Shown in pieces: positions 9,172 to 19,478 of a stretch of 64,000 nt of DNA. How positions within the stretch are numbered: position 1 is the first letter of the stretch; the number at the start of each line of letters is the position of its first letter. The DNA is taken from NCBI GenBank assembly GCA_963828735.1, contig CAWHFW010000005.1:2240001-2304000 (forward strand), in the 5' to 3' direction. A program made the translations under genes and the position numbers. The DNA is from an uncultured Gemmatimonadales bacterium (lineage in GTDB: Bacteria > Gemmatimonadota > Gemmatimonadetes > Gemmatimonadales > GWC2-71-9). Under the pieces are notes generated by a model. It ran no database searches. It saw only the letters and a program-made list of their open reading frames with translations, and was not told the origin of the DNA.

Positions 9172-11243
9172 TCCTCCGCCGGTCCGAGCGCCGCGAGGGT
9201 GGCGCGCCACTGGTCCACCGTCTCCGCCGGCGCGCGACAGCTCGTGCCGGTGCAGGCGTATGCGCGCGGCGCCCGGCCCGCGGCCACCATGCCGGCCATG
9301 GCCTGGGGTAGGGCCACGCCGTTCGTGTCGCCGGGCGTGAGTCGCCGCACGAGGCGACGCGGCACGAAGGTGCCGAGCGCGTCGCGGTGCATCCGGTCCG
9401 CGACGGCATCGCCGGGCTCGCCGACGACGACCAGGTGAGTCGCGGGCGAGAGGTGCCAGTCCACGGCGAGCAGATACGCCGCCGCATACAATCCCAAGTC
9501 GGCGGCGCGGCCGGCAAAGGCGCGGATCAGGGCGTGCCCGCGCTCGCGCCAGCGCGCCTCGCCGGTGTGCTCATGGAGGCGCGCCGCCACCACCCCCGCG
9601 ACGCCGTTCGGTGACGGCGTCGGCGCGTCCTGCACCGGCTTGGCCCGCGCCGGCAACAGGCCCGGCTCGGAGCCCCGCGCGCGGGCCGTGTCGAACAGCC
9701 CGCCGGCCTCCGGGTCCCAGTAGTCCGTCCACACCCGATCCATGATGGCCGAGGCCCAGGCCAGCCAGACGCCGTCGCCCGTTGCCTCGTAGGCGTCGAG
9801 CGCGGCCGCGGCGACCTGGACCTGATCGTCGAGCAGTCCCGCGACGCCGCCAGGCGTGTGGGTCACGGCGTCCTCGGTCAGCCGCTCGTCACGGATCCTG
9901 GCGAGGCTCAGGATGGCGTGGGCGCGGGCCTCCTCGTCGCCCAGCACCGCGCCGGCGCGGAGCATCGCCGCTGCCATCATGGCGTTCCAGTTCGTGTACC
10001 GCGTGCGATCCACGAACGGCGCGGGCCGGGCGCGGCGCGCGTCCAGGAGCTTGCCCTGCGCCCGCTCGAGGTCGGCGCGCACGTCGGACTCGCCGCGGCC
10101 CAGGCGCGTCGCGATCGCGCCGACTGTCGCGGCGATGAACAGTACGTTCTTCGACGGGTTGTGGTGCATCTCCCCGGCGGTGCCGATGTCGTAATAGGCC
10201 GCCGCCACCTCGAGCTCCTCGGGCGTAAGCGCCGCGGCGGCTTCCTCACGGGTCCAGGTGAAGTAGTCGCCGTCGTCGTCGAGTCCCACGTCGGCGTCCT
10301 GGCTCGCGGCGTAGCCACCCGCGGCATCGGATGCCACCTCGCGGACCCAGCGGACGATCCCGCGCGCGGTCGCCGCGTACTCCTCGGTGCCGAGGAGTGC
10401 GTAGGCGTCAGCGTAGACCTTGAGCAGCTCGGAGTTGTCGTAGGCCATCTTCTCGAAGTGCGGCACGATCCACTCGGCGTCGACGCTGTAGCGGTGAAAC
10501 CCACCGCCGAGTTGGTCATAGACGCCGCCGCGCGCCATGCCGTGCAGCGTGCGATCGAGGATCGTGCGGACCGCATCGGACGGCTGGTCCCACCAGCGGT
10601 GCAGCAGCAGCGTCATCGCGCCGGGATGGGGGAACTTGGGTGCGCGCCCGAACCCGCCGTTCTCCGGATCGAACACGCGCGTCATGCCGGTCACGGCCTC
10701 GCCGAGCATGTCGAGCGACGGCTCGCCCGGCGCCGCCTCGTTGAGGTCGTCGCCCACGACACGGCGCACGGCCTCTGCCTGCGACTGCACCTGGCCGCGA
10801 CGGGAGCGGTACGCGTCGAGCACGCTCTCGAGCACGGTCCGGAAGCCGGGGCGTCCGTGCGCCCCGTCGGGCGGGAAGTACGTTCCGCCGTAGAAAACCT
10901 CACCCACCGGCGTCAGAAACGCGGTCAGGGGCCAGCCACCCTGCCGGGTGAGCGCCTGCACCGCGCGCTGGTAGCGCGCGTCGACGTCGGGTCGCTCGTC
11001 GCGGTCCACCTTGATGCAGACGAAGTGCTCGTTCAGGAACTCCGCCAGCGCCGGATTCTCGTACGACTCGCCGTCCATGACGTGGCACCAGTGACACCAG
11101 ACTGCCCCGATGTCGAGCAGCACCGGACGATCCTGCGCCTTGGCCACGGCGAAGGCCTCATCGCCCCAGGGGAACCAGTGAATGGGCTGGTGCGCGGCAG
11201 ATTGGAGGTAGGCGGAGCCGGCGGCGGCGAGGCGATTCGTCAT
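9168..11243 (-). CDS. YyaL/SSP411-like thioredoxin-domain protein
   Basis: NRLA..SAYL, WCHWCHVM, KVDRDERPDVD, GGWPLT, GGGFHRYSVD, PHFEKM. Confidence 0.92.
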   Translation of the reverse strand: MTNRLAAAGSAYLQSAAHQPIHWFPWGDEAFAVAKAQDRPVLLDIGAVWCHWCHVMDGESYENPALAEFLNEHFVCIKVDRDERPDVDARYQRAVQALTRQGGWPLTAFLTPVGEVFYGGTYFPPDGAHGRPGFRTVLESVLDAYRSRRGQVQSQAEAVRRVVGDDLNEAAPGEPSLDMLGEAVTGMTRVFDPENGGFGRAPKFPHPGAMTLLLHRWWDQPSDAVRTILDRTLHGMARGGVYDQLGGGFHRYSVDAEWIVPHFEKMAYDNSELLKVYADAYALLGTEEYAATARGIVRWVREVASDAAGGYAASQDADVGLDDDGDYFTWTREEAAAALTPEELEVAAAYYDIGTAGEMHHNPSKNVLFIAATVGAIATRLGRGESDVRADLERAQGKLLDARRARPAPFVDRTRYTNWNAMMAAAMLRAGAVLGDEEARAHAILSLARIRDERLTEDAVTHTPGGVAGLLDDQVQVAAAALDAYEATGDGVWLAWASAIMDRVWTDYWDPEAGGLFDTARARGSEPGLLPARAKPVQDAPTPSPNGVAGVVAARLHEHTGEARWRERGHALIRAFAGRAADLGLYAAAYLLAVDWHLSPATHLVVVGEPGDAVADRMHRDALGTFVPRRLVRRLTPGDTNGVALPQAMAGMVAAGRAPRAYACTGTSCRAPAETVDQWRATLAALGPAED

Positions 11244-11256
11244 GGGATGAAGGTAG

Positions 11257-11288
11257 CGAAAAGGGCGCACCTTCGTGCGCCCTTTTCG
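11257..11288. terminator. Intrinsic terminator, symmetrical (bidirectional-type)
   Basis: cgaaaagggcgcac-cttc-gtgcgcccttttcg perfect inverted repeat downstream of the cytochrome c gene. Confidence 0.8.
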
Positions 11289-11308
11289 TCACCTCGCGCC
11301 AGGGAGCG

Positions 11309-11692
11309 TCAGGAGGGCGCCTTGTGGCTCAGTGAGTAGACGTAGGCCGCGACCGCCTTGACCTCGTCGTCGGTGATGCTGGATCCGCCCTTGGGCGGCA
11401 TCATGATGCCGCTCTTGGACTCGGCCTGCGGCACGCCGGTCGTGATCTGCTTGACGATCGCGTCGTACGAGCCGTCGCTGTGGAGCCATTCGGCATCGGT
11501 GAGGTTCGGCCCGACCGCGCCCTGCGCGTTGGCGCCGTGGCACGCGTAGCAGTTGCCCTTGCTGTGGAAGATGCTGTCGCCTTGGGCGATCGCGGCAGGC
11601 GTGACGCCGGCCGGGGCCTGCGCCATGGCGGGGCGGGTCCCCATGACGGCGCCAAACGCGAGCAAGAGACCGAAGCGAGTCCGGATGTCCAT
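11309..11692 (-). CDS. Monoheme cytochrome c
   Basis: Signal peptide, CYACH, GPNLTD, distal Met MMPPKGG. Confidence 0.92.
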   Translation of the reverse strand: MDIRTRFGLLLAFGAVMGTRPAMAQAPAGVTPAAIAQGDSIFHSKGNCYACHGANAQGAVGPNLTDAEWLHSDGSYDAIVKQITTGVPQAESKSGIMMPPKGGSSITDDEVKAVAAYVYSLSHKAPS

Positions 11693-11858
11693 CGTGGCTC
11701 CTGTGAGGTGACGTCGTCTGACAACGGGCTCTGGAGAATACAGCCCCGGAAGGGGCGGTCAAGGCGGCCCAAGGGCAAAGGCCGGACCGATCAGTCCGGT
11801 CCGGCCCAACGTTTCTCGGGACAAGGGTTTGGGGACAGAACGGCCCGCCGAGGAGCCG

Positions 11859-13079
11859 CTACTTCGTCCCGTCCGCTGGACGGGGAGTGTCTCCGAGGGC
11901 GGCGCTTACAGCGGGCACCCGGGGCCGGAAGATCGCGGGATCGTATGCGCTCCGCGGGTTCCAGAGCACCCAGGAAGTGATGCCGAGCTCCTCGGCCGCG
12001 CGGATCTGCTCGCGGACGTGCAAGGGCGTATAGCGTGGCTGACCCAGGGTGAAGGCCTGGAGGTACGGCCGGATTTCCGCCGTCTTCCCGAGCGGCTCCG
12101 ATCGGCGCAACGCATCCTGCATAGCCCGACGGATGACCTTGTACGGCTCTCCGTTCGGATGCTGCAGGCTGTAGTAGCCCCGGAAGTAGTGGCTCGGGTA
12201 GACCATGGGAAGGACGACGTCCGCCGTGGTCACGAGGTCCTCCCAGAGCTGTCCGATGCCCATGTCGGTCGGGGCGCTCGTGGTGAGGCCGAACACGTCG
12301 ATCGTGAACGGCACGCCCAGACGGCGCGTGCGCGCGCCCAGGAGCTTGAGGTTCCTGGCGACGCCCTGCCGCTTGGTCTCGCCCGGCCGGCGGGCGCTGA
12401 ACACCGCCGACGCGAGGCGGCTCTCGGGCTCGTCGGGAAACCGGACGTAGTCGTACTGCACTTCGGCGAACCCGACCCGGACCGCCTCGGCGGCGAGCTG
12501 TGACGCATACACCCAGACCGAGTCGTTGAAGGCGTCCACCCAGGCGAAGTCGAGTCGGTCGTGCCACAGGCCGCCATCGACGTGCCGCACCGACCATTCC
12601 GGCTTCCGCGATGCCAGGAGCGGGTCCTTGGCCACGACGATCCGGGCGATCGGATGAATGCCGTGCTCGCGCATCACCCGGAGCCGCTCGCGGACGTCTC
12701 GCGCGCGGAGCTGCGTGTTCGCGCCGATCTCCTTGGCGGTCGGCACGTCCGAGCGGTACGTCAGGTAGCCGGTGTCGTCCTTCACGTCCACGACGAACGC
12801 ATTGACCTCGGTCCGGTCGGCGAGCTGGACGAGATCGTAGAACCGCCGGCCGCCGAACGCCCAGGCGTTGACGTAGATCGCGTGCACGGGGCTGGGCGGC
12901 CGGAGGAGCGGTGGAGCGGGTGGTGTGAGATCGAGCTGGATCTGCGGGACGGCGAACAGGGAGTCCGGCACCGGCGGCGCAGGCGGCAGCTCGTCCCCCC
13001 AGCTCGGGGCCTGCTGCGCGGTCAACGATGCAATGTGCAGGACAGCTGCCAGAACACCGGCGAGGAGAGAGCGGCGCAT
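11859..13079 (-). CDS. Putative glycoside hydrolase (DUF4015-like), exported
   Basis: Signal peptide MRRSLLAGVL..., NAFVVDVKDDTG, IARIVV, QYDYVRFP, PMVYPSHY, RPYLQAF. Confidence 0.8.
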   Translation of the reverse strand: MRRSLLAGVLAAVLHIASLTAQQAPSWGDELPPAPPVPDSLFAVPQIQLDLTPPAPPLLRPPSPVHAIYVNAWAFGGRRFYDLVQLADRTEVNAFVVDVKDDTGYLTYRSDVPTAKEIGANTQLRARDVRERLRVMREHGIHPIARIVVAKDPLLASRKPEWSVRHVDGGLWHDRLDFAWVDAFNDSVWVYASQLAAEAVRVGFAEVQYDYVRFPDEPESRLASAVFSARRPGETKRQGVARNLKLLGARTRRLGVPFTIDVFGLTTSAPTDMGIGQLWEDLVTTADVVLPMVYPSHYFRGYYSLQHPNGEPYKVIRRAMQDALRRSEPLGKTAEIRPYLQAFTLGQPRYTPLHVREQIRAAEELGITSWVLWNPRSAYDPAIFRPRVPAVSAALGDTPRPADGTK

Positions 13080-13149
13080 CGAGCCCAGATCATTGTGGGA
13101 GAAGATGATGGAGGAACCGATTCCCGGCTCCTCCATCGTCCCACGCAAA

Positions 13150-14788
13150 TCAGGGGCCGGGTGTCGCTGGCCGAATCTCCACGCGGCGGTTGGCGGCGCG
13201 TCCGCGCGGGGTGGTATCACCGGTGAGCGGCACCGACGAGCCATAGCCGCGCGCCACGATCTGCTGGTAGCTGACGCCTTTCACGACCAGGTAGTCGCGA
13301 ACCGCCTCTGCCTGAAGCTGGGTGAGGCGGTTGTCATCGCTCGTCGAGCCGCTGTTGTCGGTATGGGCGCCGATCTCGACCCGCGAGGCGGGATTCGCGA
13401 TGAGCAGATCCGCCAGCGAATCCAGGGCGACGTAGGAGGACGTCTGAAGCCGTGCCGTGCCCGAGGCGAAGGTGACGTTCGGTATCACGCCCGACGCGAT
13501 CACCAGGGCGCCGGCCTTCGGCACCGTGACGTTCGGATGTTGGATCGGTCGTCCGGTGGTGTCGATGGGCGGCCGGGCGGCAGCACCGCTGGGGGGAGGC
13601 TGCGCCGCGTTCGGCTGCGAGACGCCGGCGCGTGGCGCTGCCTGGGTCGGGGCTGCTGCGGCGGCCCCCGCCCGCGCGGGCGGAGGCGCACCCGACGGCG
13701 CGCCCTGGTTGGCCGCCTGGCCCTGGGCGCAGCCCGACGAGTTCACGGCGGCGCCGGGCTGTGTCCGCGGGCAGTGATCGAGCCCGTCGAGCACGCCGTC
13801 ACCATCCTCGTCGCCCGGGCAACCGAGGGCATCCACCGTGGCCCCGCGAGGCGTGTCCGAGCAGCGGTCGAGGCCGTCGGGGATCTGGTCGCCGTCGCTG
13901 TCCTTGGGGCAGCCGCGCGGGTCCACCAGCACGCCCGCGGGCGTGTCGGGGCACCGATCGAGGCCGTCGGGGATGTTGTCGCCGTCGGTGTCCTGCGAGC
14001 ATCCGCGGGCGTCCACGGCGGCGCCGGCCACGGTGGTCGGGCATCGGTCGATGCCGTCGGGCACCCCGTCGCCGTCGCCGTCGCTCGGGCAGCCGCGCGA
14101 GTCCACCGACGCGCCGCTCGGCGTATCGGAGCACCGGTCGTGGTTGTCGAGCACGCCGTCCCCGTCGGTATCGAGGATGGGCTTGCTGCCAAGCATGAAG
14201 CTCACCCCGGCATTCACGCCGAAGTTGGACAGCGTCACGCCCGCGGCGTTCTCCCTGGGCCTTGCTCTTGTTCCGGTTGTAGAGGCCCTCGACGCGCGCG
14301 AGGATCGTGGGCGTCAGCCCGACCCGGAAGCCCGCGCCCCCCAGGAACGCGCCGCTGCTGCCGCAGATCGGATTGTCGGGGCTCGCGACGCTGGGGCAGC
14401 TCCCGCCGTACTTGGTCGACCCACCGCCCGCCTTCAGATAGAAGGTGGTGCTGGACCCGATCAGGAAATTGTAGAGCGCCGAGATGCCGAACGTCTTGAC
14501 GCTGACGCTCTCGTCCCCGGTCTTGCTGTTGGGCGACGAGAACGCGCCCTCCACCTCGACCGAGAAGTTGAGCGGCAGCCACAGGCCGACCCGCGCGACG
14601 CCCCCGGGCGCGCCGTCCAGTTGGGTGTCCGAATCGAATGACTGGTAGGCGCCGGCGGCGCTCAGCTCGACGAGATACTTCCGCTGCTGGGCGGCGCCGA
14701 CGCGCGCACACGCCACGACGAGGGCGAGGCCGGCCAGGAGTCCGACTCCCCCGGCCCAGCCCCTGAAGGGCTGCTGGTAGGTTCGCAT
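13150..14788 (-). CDS. OmpA family protein (beta-barrel + TSP3-like Ca-binding repeats + OmpA C-terminal domain), one frameshift near 14255
   Basis: N-terminal barrel in frame 13799..14788, C-terminal part in frame 13150..14238 (5x DxDGDxxxDxxDxC; AHTD; GRAANRRVEI). Deleting one G in CAGGGAG joins KAQ-ENAAGVTLSNF. Confidence 0.85.
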
Positions 14789-14920
14789 GGATCAAATAGA
14801 TACGCCGTCCGGGATGACCTGACAAGGAGCCGCGTCACCAACCCGCGCTCGCCCTTGGCAGCGACTCACAGGACCGCTACGATTCGCGCACTCCCCCTCG
14901 TGCCGGTTCAGGAGAAGCGC

Positions 14921-15148
14921 ATGCGCGTGGTCATCGAGTACTGCGTTGTTTGAAACTACCAGCCTCGAGCCACCAGTTTGGCGGCTGAGCTGAAAGAGCA
15001 GTTCCCGGAGGCGGAAGTCCGTCTGGTTCCCTCGTCGGGCGGGGTGTTCGAAGTGACCGTGGACGGCAACCTCATCTATTCCAAGCGCGCGCTCCGCCGG
15101 CATCCCGAGCCGGGGGAGGTCCTGAAACTGATTCCCCGCTCGAGCTGA
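14921..15148 (+). CDS. SelT/SelW/SelH (Rdx) family selenoprotein, in-frame UGA read as Sec
   Basis: AGGAG RBS; MRVVIEYCVV-UGA-NYQPRATSLAAELKEQFP...GGVFEVTVDGNLIYSK...HPEPGEV; CxxU motif; not in the ORF track. Confidence 0.88.
14951..14992 (+). promoter_or_regulatory. Putative bacterial SECIS hairpin immediately 3' of the UGA
   Basis: CAG-C-CTC-G-AGCC-A-CCA-GTT-TGG-C-GGCT-GAG-CTG can fold as a stem with a G-initial apical loop. Confidence 0.6.
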
Positions 15149-15149
15149 C

Positions 15150-16229
15150 ATGCGCATCGCCATCTCCACCGGCGGCGGCGACGCCCCCGGGTTGAACGCG
15201 GTAATCCGTGCCGTGGTCGTGTCGGCGCACCACCGCGGGTGGAAGTGTTACGGCATCCAACGCGGCTACGAAGGCCTGCTCTCGTTCAACGGTGTGGTCC
15301 CGCTGGGCCTCGGCGAGGTCCGCGGGATCACCCATCTGGGCGGCACCATCCTGGGGACCACGAACCGCGGCAATCCTTTCCACTACGTGACACGCAACGA
15401 GCAGGGCGAGGAGATCGAGCGCGACCGCTCCGACGACCTCGTGGCCGCCTTCCAGGCGAGCGGGTTCGAGGCGCTGGTGTCGATCGGCGGCGACGGCAGC
15501 CTCCAGATCTCGCACGATCTCTGGCGGAAGGGACTCCCCGTCGTCTGCGTGCCCAAGACGATCGACAACGATGTGAGCGGCACGCAGCGGACCTTCGGAT
15601 TCGATACGGCCGTGAGCACCGCGACCGAGGCCATCGACAAGCTGCATTCGACGGCGGAGAGTCACGACCGGGTCATCGTGGTCGAGCTCATGGGCCGGTA
15701 CGCGGGCTGGATCGCGCTCTACAGCGGCCTCTCCGGCAGCGCCGATGTGATCCTCCTGCCGGAAATCCCGTTCGACATCGCCAAGGTGTGCGAGAAGATC
15801 CGGAGCCGCGAGGCGGCCGGGCGCCGCTTCAGCATCGTGGTCGTGGCGGAGGGTGCCCGGCCGAAGGATGGCACCATCGAGCTGCTCGAGCGCCGGGGCC
15901 CCGGCACTGTCGACCGGCTCGGCGGGATCGCCAGCAAGGTGGCACGAGCCGTCTCGCACGACACCGGCAAGGAGACGCGAACGCTCGTGCTCGGACATCT
16001 GCAGCGTGGCGGCTCCCCGACCACGTACGACCGGCTGCTCGGGCTCCGGTTCGGGGCCGCCGCCGTACGGGCGATCGCCGACCAGGCCTTCGGGACGATG
16101 GTGGGGCTCAACGGGCAGGACATCACGCGGGTGCCCCTCGAGAACGTGGTCGGTCGCGCCAAGAATGTTCCGCTCGACTCCGATACGATCCGCACCGCAC
16201 GCGATCTGGGAATCAGTCTGGGTGACTGA
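15150..16229 (+). CDS. pfkA: 6-phosphofructokinase (PfkA family)
   Basis: TGGGDAPGLN, GGTILGT, IGGDGS, PKTIDND, ELMGR, LGHLQRGG. Confidence 0.93.
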   Translation: MRIAISTGGGDAPGLNAVIRAVVVSAHHRGWKCYGIQRGYEGLLSFNGVVPLGLGEVRGITHLGGTILGTTNRGNPFHYVTRNEQGEEIERDRSDDLVAAFQASGFEALVSIGGDGSLQISHDLWRKGLPVVCVPKTIDNDVSGTQRTFGFDTAVSTATEAIDKLHSTAESHDRVIVVELMGRYAGWIALYSGLSGSADVILLPEIPFDIAKVCEKIRSREAAGRRFSIVVVAEGARPKDGTIELLERRGPGTVDRLGGIASKVARAVSHDTGKETRTLVLGHLQRGGSPTTYDRLLGLRFGAAAVRAIADQAFGTMVGLNGQDITRVPLENVVGRAKNVPLDSDTIRTARDLGISLGD

Positions 16230-18282
16230 CCCCGCCTACCCGCCGACCCGGACCGTGGACGTGACCGACGTCCTCCACGGCGAAACGATTTCCGATCCCT
16301 ATCGCTGGCTGGAGGACGGTGAGGACCCGGACACACGCGCGTGGACGGAGCGGCAGAACGCGCTCACCGAGGCATGGCTGGCCCGGTTCCCGGGCCGCGA
16401 CTCGATCCGGCGCCGGCTCGACGAGCTGCTCGCGATCGGCGCCATCAGCGTGCCCACGCCTGCCCGCGGCCGCTACTTCTACCAGCGGCGGGAGGGGCGG
16501 CAGAACCAGCCGGTCCTGTACGTCCGGGATGGTCTGGATGGCGAGGACCGCGCAGCGATAGACCCGAACGCGCTCGATCCCGCCGGTACGACCGCGCTCG
16601 ACTGGTACTTCCCGAGCGACGACGGCAAGCTCCTGGCCTACGGCCTGAGCCAGAACGGAAGCGAGCAAAGCGTGCTGCACGTCTTCGACGTGGACGCCGG
16701 GACCAGCCTGCCTGAGCGGATTCCCCGGACTCGCGCGGCCGACCTGGCGTGGCTGCCCGACTCCTCGGGCTTCTACTACACCCGCTATCCGGAGCCGGGC
16801 ACGGTGCCCGCCGGAGAGGAGCCCTACCACCGGGCGGTGTTCTTCCACCCGCTCGGCGGAGATCCCGCCGACGACGAGCTCGTCTACCAGCCCGGCGCGA
16901 AGGAATACTGGCCCGGCGTGGCGTTGTCGCCGGACGGGCGGTGGCTGCTCATCAGCGTGGCCCGGACGTTCGATCAGACCGATCTCTACCTCGGCGACCG
17001 GAACGCCGCGGGCTGGACCTCCGTCCCACCGCTCGTTGCCGTCGCCGAGGGCCTCCCGTTCTCCTTCGACGGGGAGATCGCGCACGGACGGCTCTTCCTC
17101 CGCACCAACCTCGACGCGCCGACGTACCGGATGTACGAGGTGAATCCCGAGCATCCCCAGCGGGGCCACTGGCGCGAGCTGGTGCCGCCGCGTGAGGAGG
17201 CCGTGCTGGAAGGGGCTCGGGTCGTGGGCGACCGGCTGGCGCTGAGCTATCTCGAGCGTGCGTCGTCCCGCCTCCGTATCGCCGACCTCGACGGCGGCCT
17301 GCGCCGCGAGGTGTCGATGCCGACGCTCGGCAGCCTATTCGGCCTCGGCGCCGAGTGGGATGGTCACGAGCTGTTCTTCGGATTCTCGTCGTACACCGTT
17401 CCACCCAGCGTTTACCGCCTCGATCTCGCGGCCGATCGGCAGACACTGTGGCGGCGAGTCGAGGCGGATGTGGATCCGGAGCGATACGAGGTCCGGCAGG
17501 TGAGCGTCCCATCCCGCGACGGCACCGAGGTCACGATGTTCCTCGTGCACCGCCGGGGCCTCGCCCGGAACGGCGATGCGCCGACCTACCTCACCGGGTA
17601 CGGCGGCTTCAACATCAGCATGACGCCGGCCTTCTCCCGGTCGCTGCTCCTGTGGCTCGAGCACGGCGGGCTGGTCGCCGTTCCCAACATCCGGGGCGGG
17701 GGGGAGTATGGCGAAGGGTGGCACCAGGGCGGGATGCTCGAACGTAAGCAGAACAGCTTCGACGACTTCATCGCCGCCGCGGAGTGGCTCATCCGCGAGC
17801 GGTACACCCGGCCGGAACGGCTGGCCGTGGCCGGCGGCTCGAACGGCGGCCTGCTCATGGGCGCCGTCCTGACCCAGCGCCCGGAGCTATTCCGGGCGGT
17901 CGTGATCCAAGTACCCCTGCTCGATATGTTGCGCTACCACCGGTTCCTCATCGCGCGCCTCTGGATTCCCGAGTACGGGTCGTCGGACGACCTCGAGGCG
18001 TTCCGCTGGCTCCGGGCGTACTCGCCGTATCATCACGTGCAGGAAGGCACGCCCTATCCCGCCGTGCTGCTGGCCACCGCGGAGAGCGACACGCGGGTGG
18101 ATCCGATGCACGCGCGCAAAATGACCGCGCGTTTGCAGGCCGCCTCGGCCTCGGGGCGTCCCGTACTGCTGCGCCTCGAGGCGCGGGCGGGACATGGCGC
18201 GGGAAAGCCGCTGGCCAAAGTGCTGGACGAGCTGACGGACACGTGGACGTTTGTGTTTTCGCAGGTGGGGGTCGAGGTTTAG
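16222..18282 (+). CDS. Prolyl oligopeptidase (S9A)
   Basis: DPYRWLE, GYGGF, NIRGGGEYG, GGSNGG catalytic Ser, DTRV, AGHG. Confidence 0.93.
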   Translation: MTDPAYPPTRTVDVTDVLHGETISDPYRWLEDGEDPDTRAWTERQNALTEAWLARFPGRDSIRRRLDELLAIGAISVPTPARGRYFYQRREGRQNQPVLYVRDGLDGEDRAAIDPNALDPAGTTALDWYFPSDDGKLLAYGLSQNGSEQSVLHVFDVDAGTSLPERIPRTRAADLAWLPDSSGFYYTRYPEPGTVPAGEEPYHRAVFFHPLGGDPADDELVYQPGAKEYWPGVALSPDGRWLLISVARTFDQTDLYLGDRNAAGWTSVPPLVAVAEGLPFSFDGEIAHGRLFLRTNLDAPTYRMYEVNPEHPQRGHWRELVPPREEAVLEGARVVGDRLALSYLERASSRLRIADLDGGLRREVSMPTLGSLFGLGAEWDGHELFFGFSSYTVPPSVYRLDLAADRQTLWRRVEADVDPERYEVRQVSVPSRDGTEVTMFLVHRRGLARNGDAPTYLTGYGGFNISMTPAFSRSLLLWLEHGGLVAVPNIRGGGEYGEGWHQGGMLERKQNSFDDFIAAAEWLIRERYTRPERLAVAGGSNGGLLMGAVLTQRPELFRAVVIQVPLLDMLRYHRFLIARLWIPEYGSSDDLEAFRWLRAYSPYHHVQEGTPYPAVLLATAESDTRVDPMHARKMTARLQAASASGRPVLLRLEARAGHGAGKPLAKVLDELTDTWTFVFSQVGVEV

Positions 18283-18323
18283 CAAGAGACACCGGACGTA
18301 CCTGAACCGAGGAGTCCCCGCCG

Positions 18324-18869
18324 ATGGCCTATTCGCAACGCCCCGTCGCCGCGAGCATGTCGCACCCGGACCGATGGCTCGCGTTCCTGCGGATCGTGGT
18401 AGGTCTGTATTTCGCGAAGTCCTTCATCACCAAGCTGTCTCTCGTGATGGTGGGCGGCGTGCTCCCGCTGCCCGGCGCCTCCGAGCGGTGGATCGCCACG
18501 ATGCCCAAGATCGTGAGCAAGCAGGCGGCGGACAATCCGATCCTGTTTTACAAGCACTTCCTCGAGAACACCGTCCTCACGCACCCGGAAACGTTCGCGC
18601 ATCTCACCGCGCTGGGCGAAACGATCACGGGCATCGGGCTCACGCTCGGGCTCCTGACCGGCGCGGCGTCGCTCGTGGGGCTGGTGCTGGTGACGAACTA
18701 CGGCCTGGCGACCCAGTGGATGTCACCGGGGCAGCAGGGCTTTCACATCGTGCTGTTCGCGCTGATGATCGCGTTCTTCGCGGCGCGGTCGGGCCGCACG
18801 TTGGGGCTCGACGCGATGCTGTGGAGCGCGCGGCCCAAATCGATCTTCGCGAGGCGTCCATTTTCCTGA
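18324..18869 (+). CDS. DoxX/DoxD family membrane protein
   Basis: LRIVVG, GETITGIGLTLGLLT, GRTLGLD; about 4 TM segments. Confidence 0.75.
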   Translation: MAYSQRPVAASMSHPDRWLAFLRIVVGLYFAKSFITKLSLVMVGGVLPLPGASERWIATMPKIVSKQAADNPILFYKHFLENTVLTHPETFAHLTALGETITGIGLTLGLLTGAASLVGLVLVTNYGLATQWMSPGQQGFHIVLFALMIAFFAARSGRTLGLDAMLWSARPKSIFARRPFS

Positions 18870-18908
18870 CGGCGGAGTAGTCCGAGCAGCAGGGTGAGGG
18901 TGCGACTC

Positions 18909-19478
18909 CTACCTCACCATCACCGGCCGCGACCGCATCCCGCCCACCACGCCGTCCGCCTCGCAGTGCGCATCCCGCGCGCTGTACACCACGCAGAACA
19001 CGCCATCCGCATGCCACCGCTCGTACCACCGCCGCATGACGCCGCGGTCCTGCGCCGAAAAGCGGGTGGACGGCAGGTCCTCGGTGTAGAGGGCGACGTG
19101 AGTGTGCACCGTGCCGGACCAGTCGGGCGGCCCGCAGCGGTCGATCGAGGCTTCGGCGGCGATGCTCAGGGAATCCGCTCCGGTAGGAACGAGCGCGAGG
19201 ATCCGGGCGACGAACACCGTGTCGTTCCGGACGGTCGCGGCCAGGCAGGCGACCCGCTCCTGCTTGGCGGCGACGCTCTCCTCCCAGAGTGCGCGGAGGC
19301 CGAGGCCGGCCTCCTGTCTGAAGCGAAACGCGGGCTGGGGAGCGTTGGAGATGCTGTCGGGCGCGGCGCTGTCCGCGGCGGGCGGCGTGTCGGCGTTGGC
19401 CTGCGCCGCCGCGGGCCGGACGGCCACGACGCTCGCCGCCAGAACGGCGGCGAGCGCGATGCGGCGCCCAGCGCTCAA
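18909..19478 (-). CDS. Exported JAB/MPN-like protein, paralog B
   Basis: TTG start overlapping upstream stop (TTGA); signal peptide ending AAA-Q; ERVACL...GTVHTH-x13-SAQD; 4 Cys shared with the neighbour. Confidence 0.7.
   Translation of the reverse strand: MSAGRRIALAAVLAASVVAVRPAAAQANADTPPAADSAAPDSISNAPQPAFRFRQEAGLGLRALWEESVAAKQERVACLAATVRNDTVFVARILALVPTGADSLSIAAEASIDRCGPPDWSGTVHTHVALYTEDLPSTRFSAQDRGVMRRWYERWHADGVFCVVYSARDAHCEADGVVGGMRSRPVMVR

Noticed and set aside
13770..14175. CRISPR-like or DNA tandem repeat
   Set aside because: The periodicity is in-frame protein repeats; the same applies to the pentapeptide gene at 21053-21943
14792..15169. 125-aa minus-strand ORF
   Set aside because: Antisense shadow of the SelW-like gene on the plus strand
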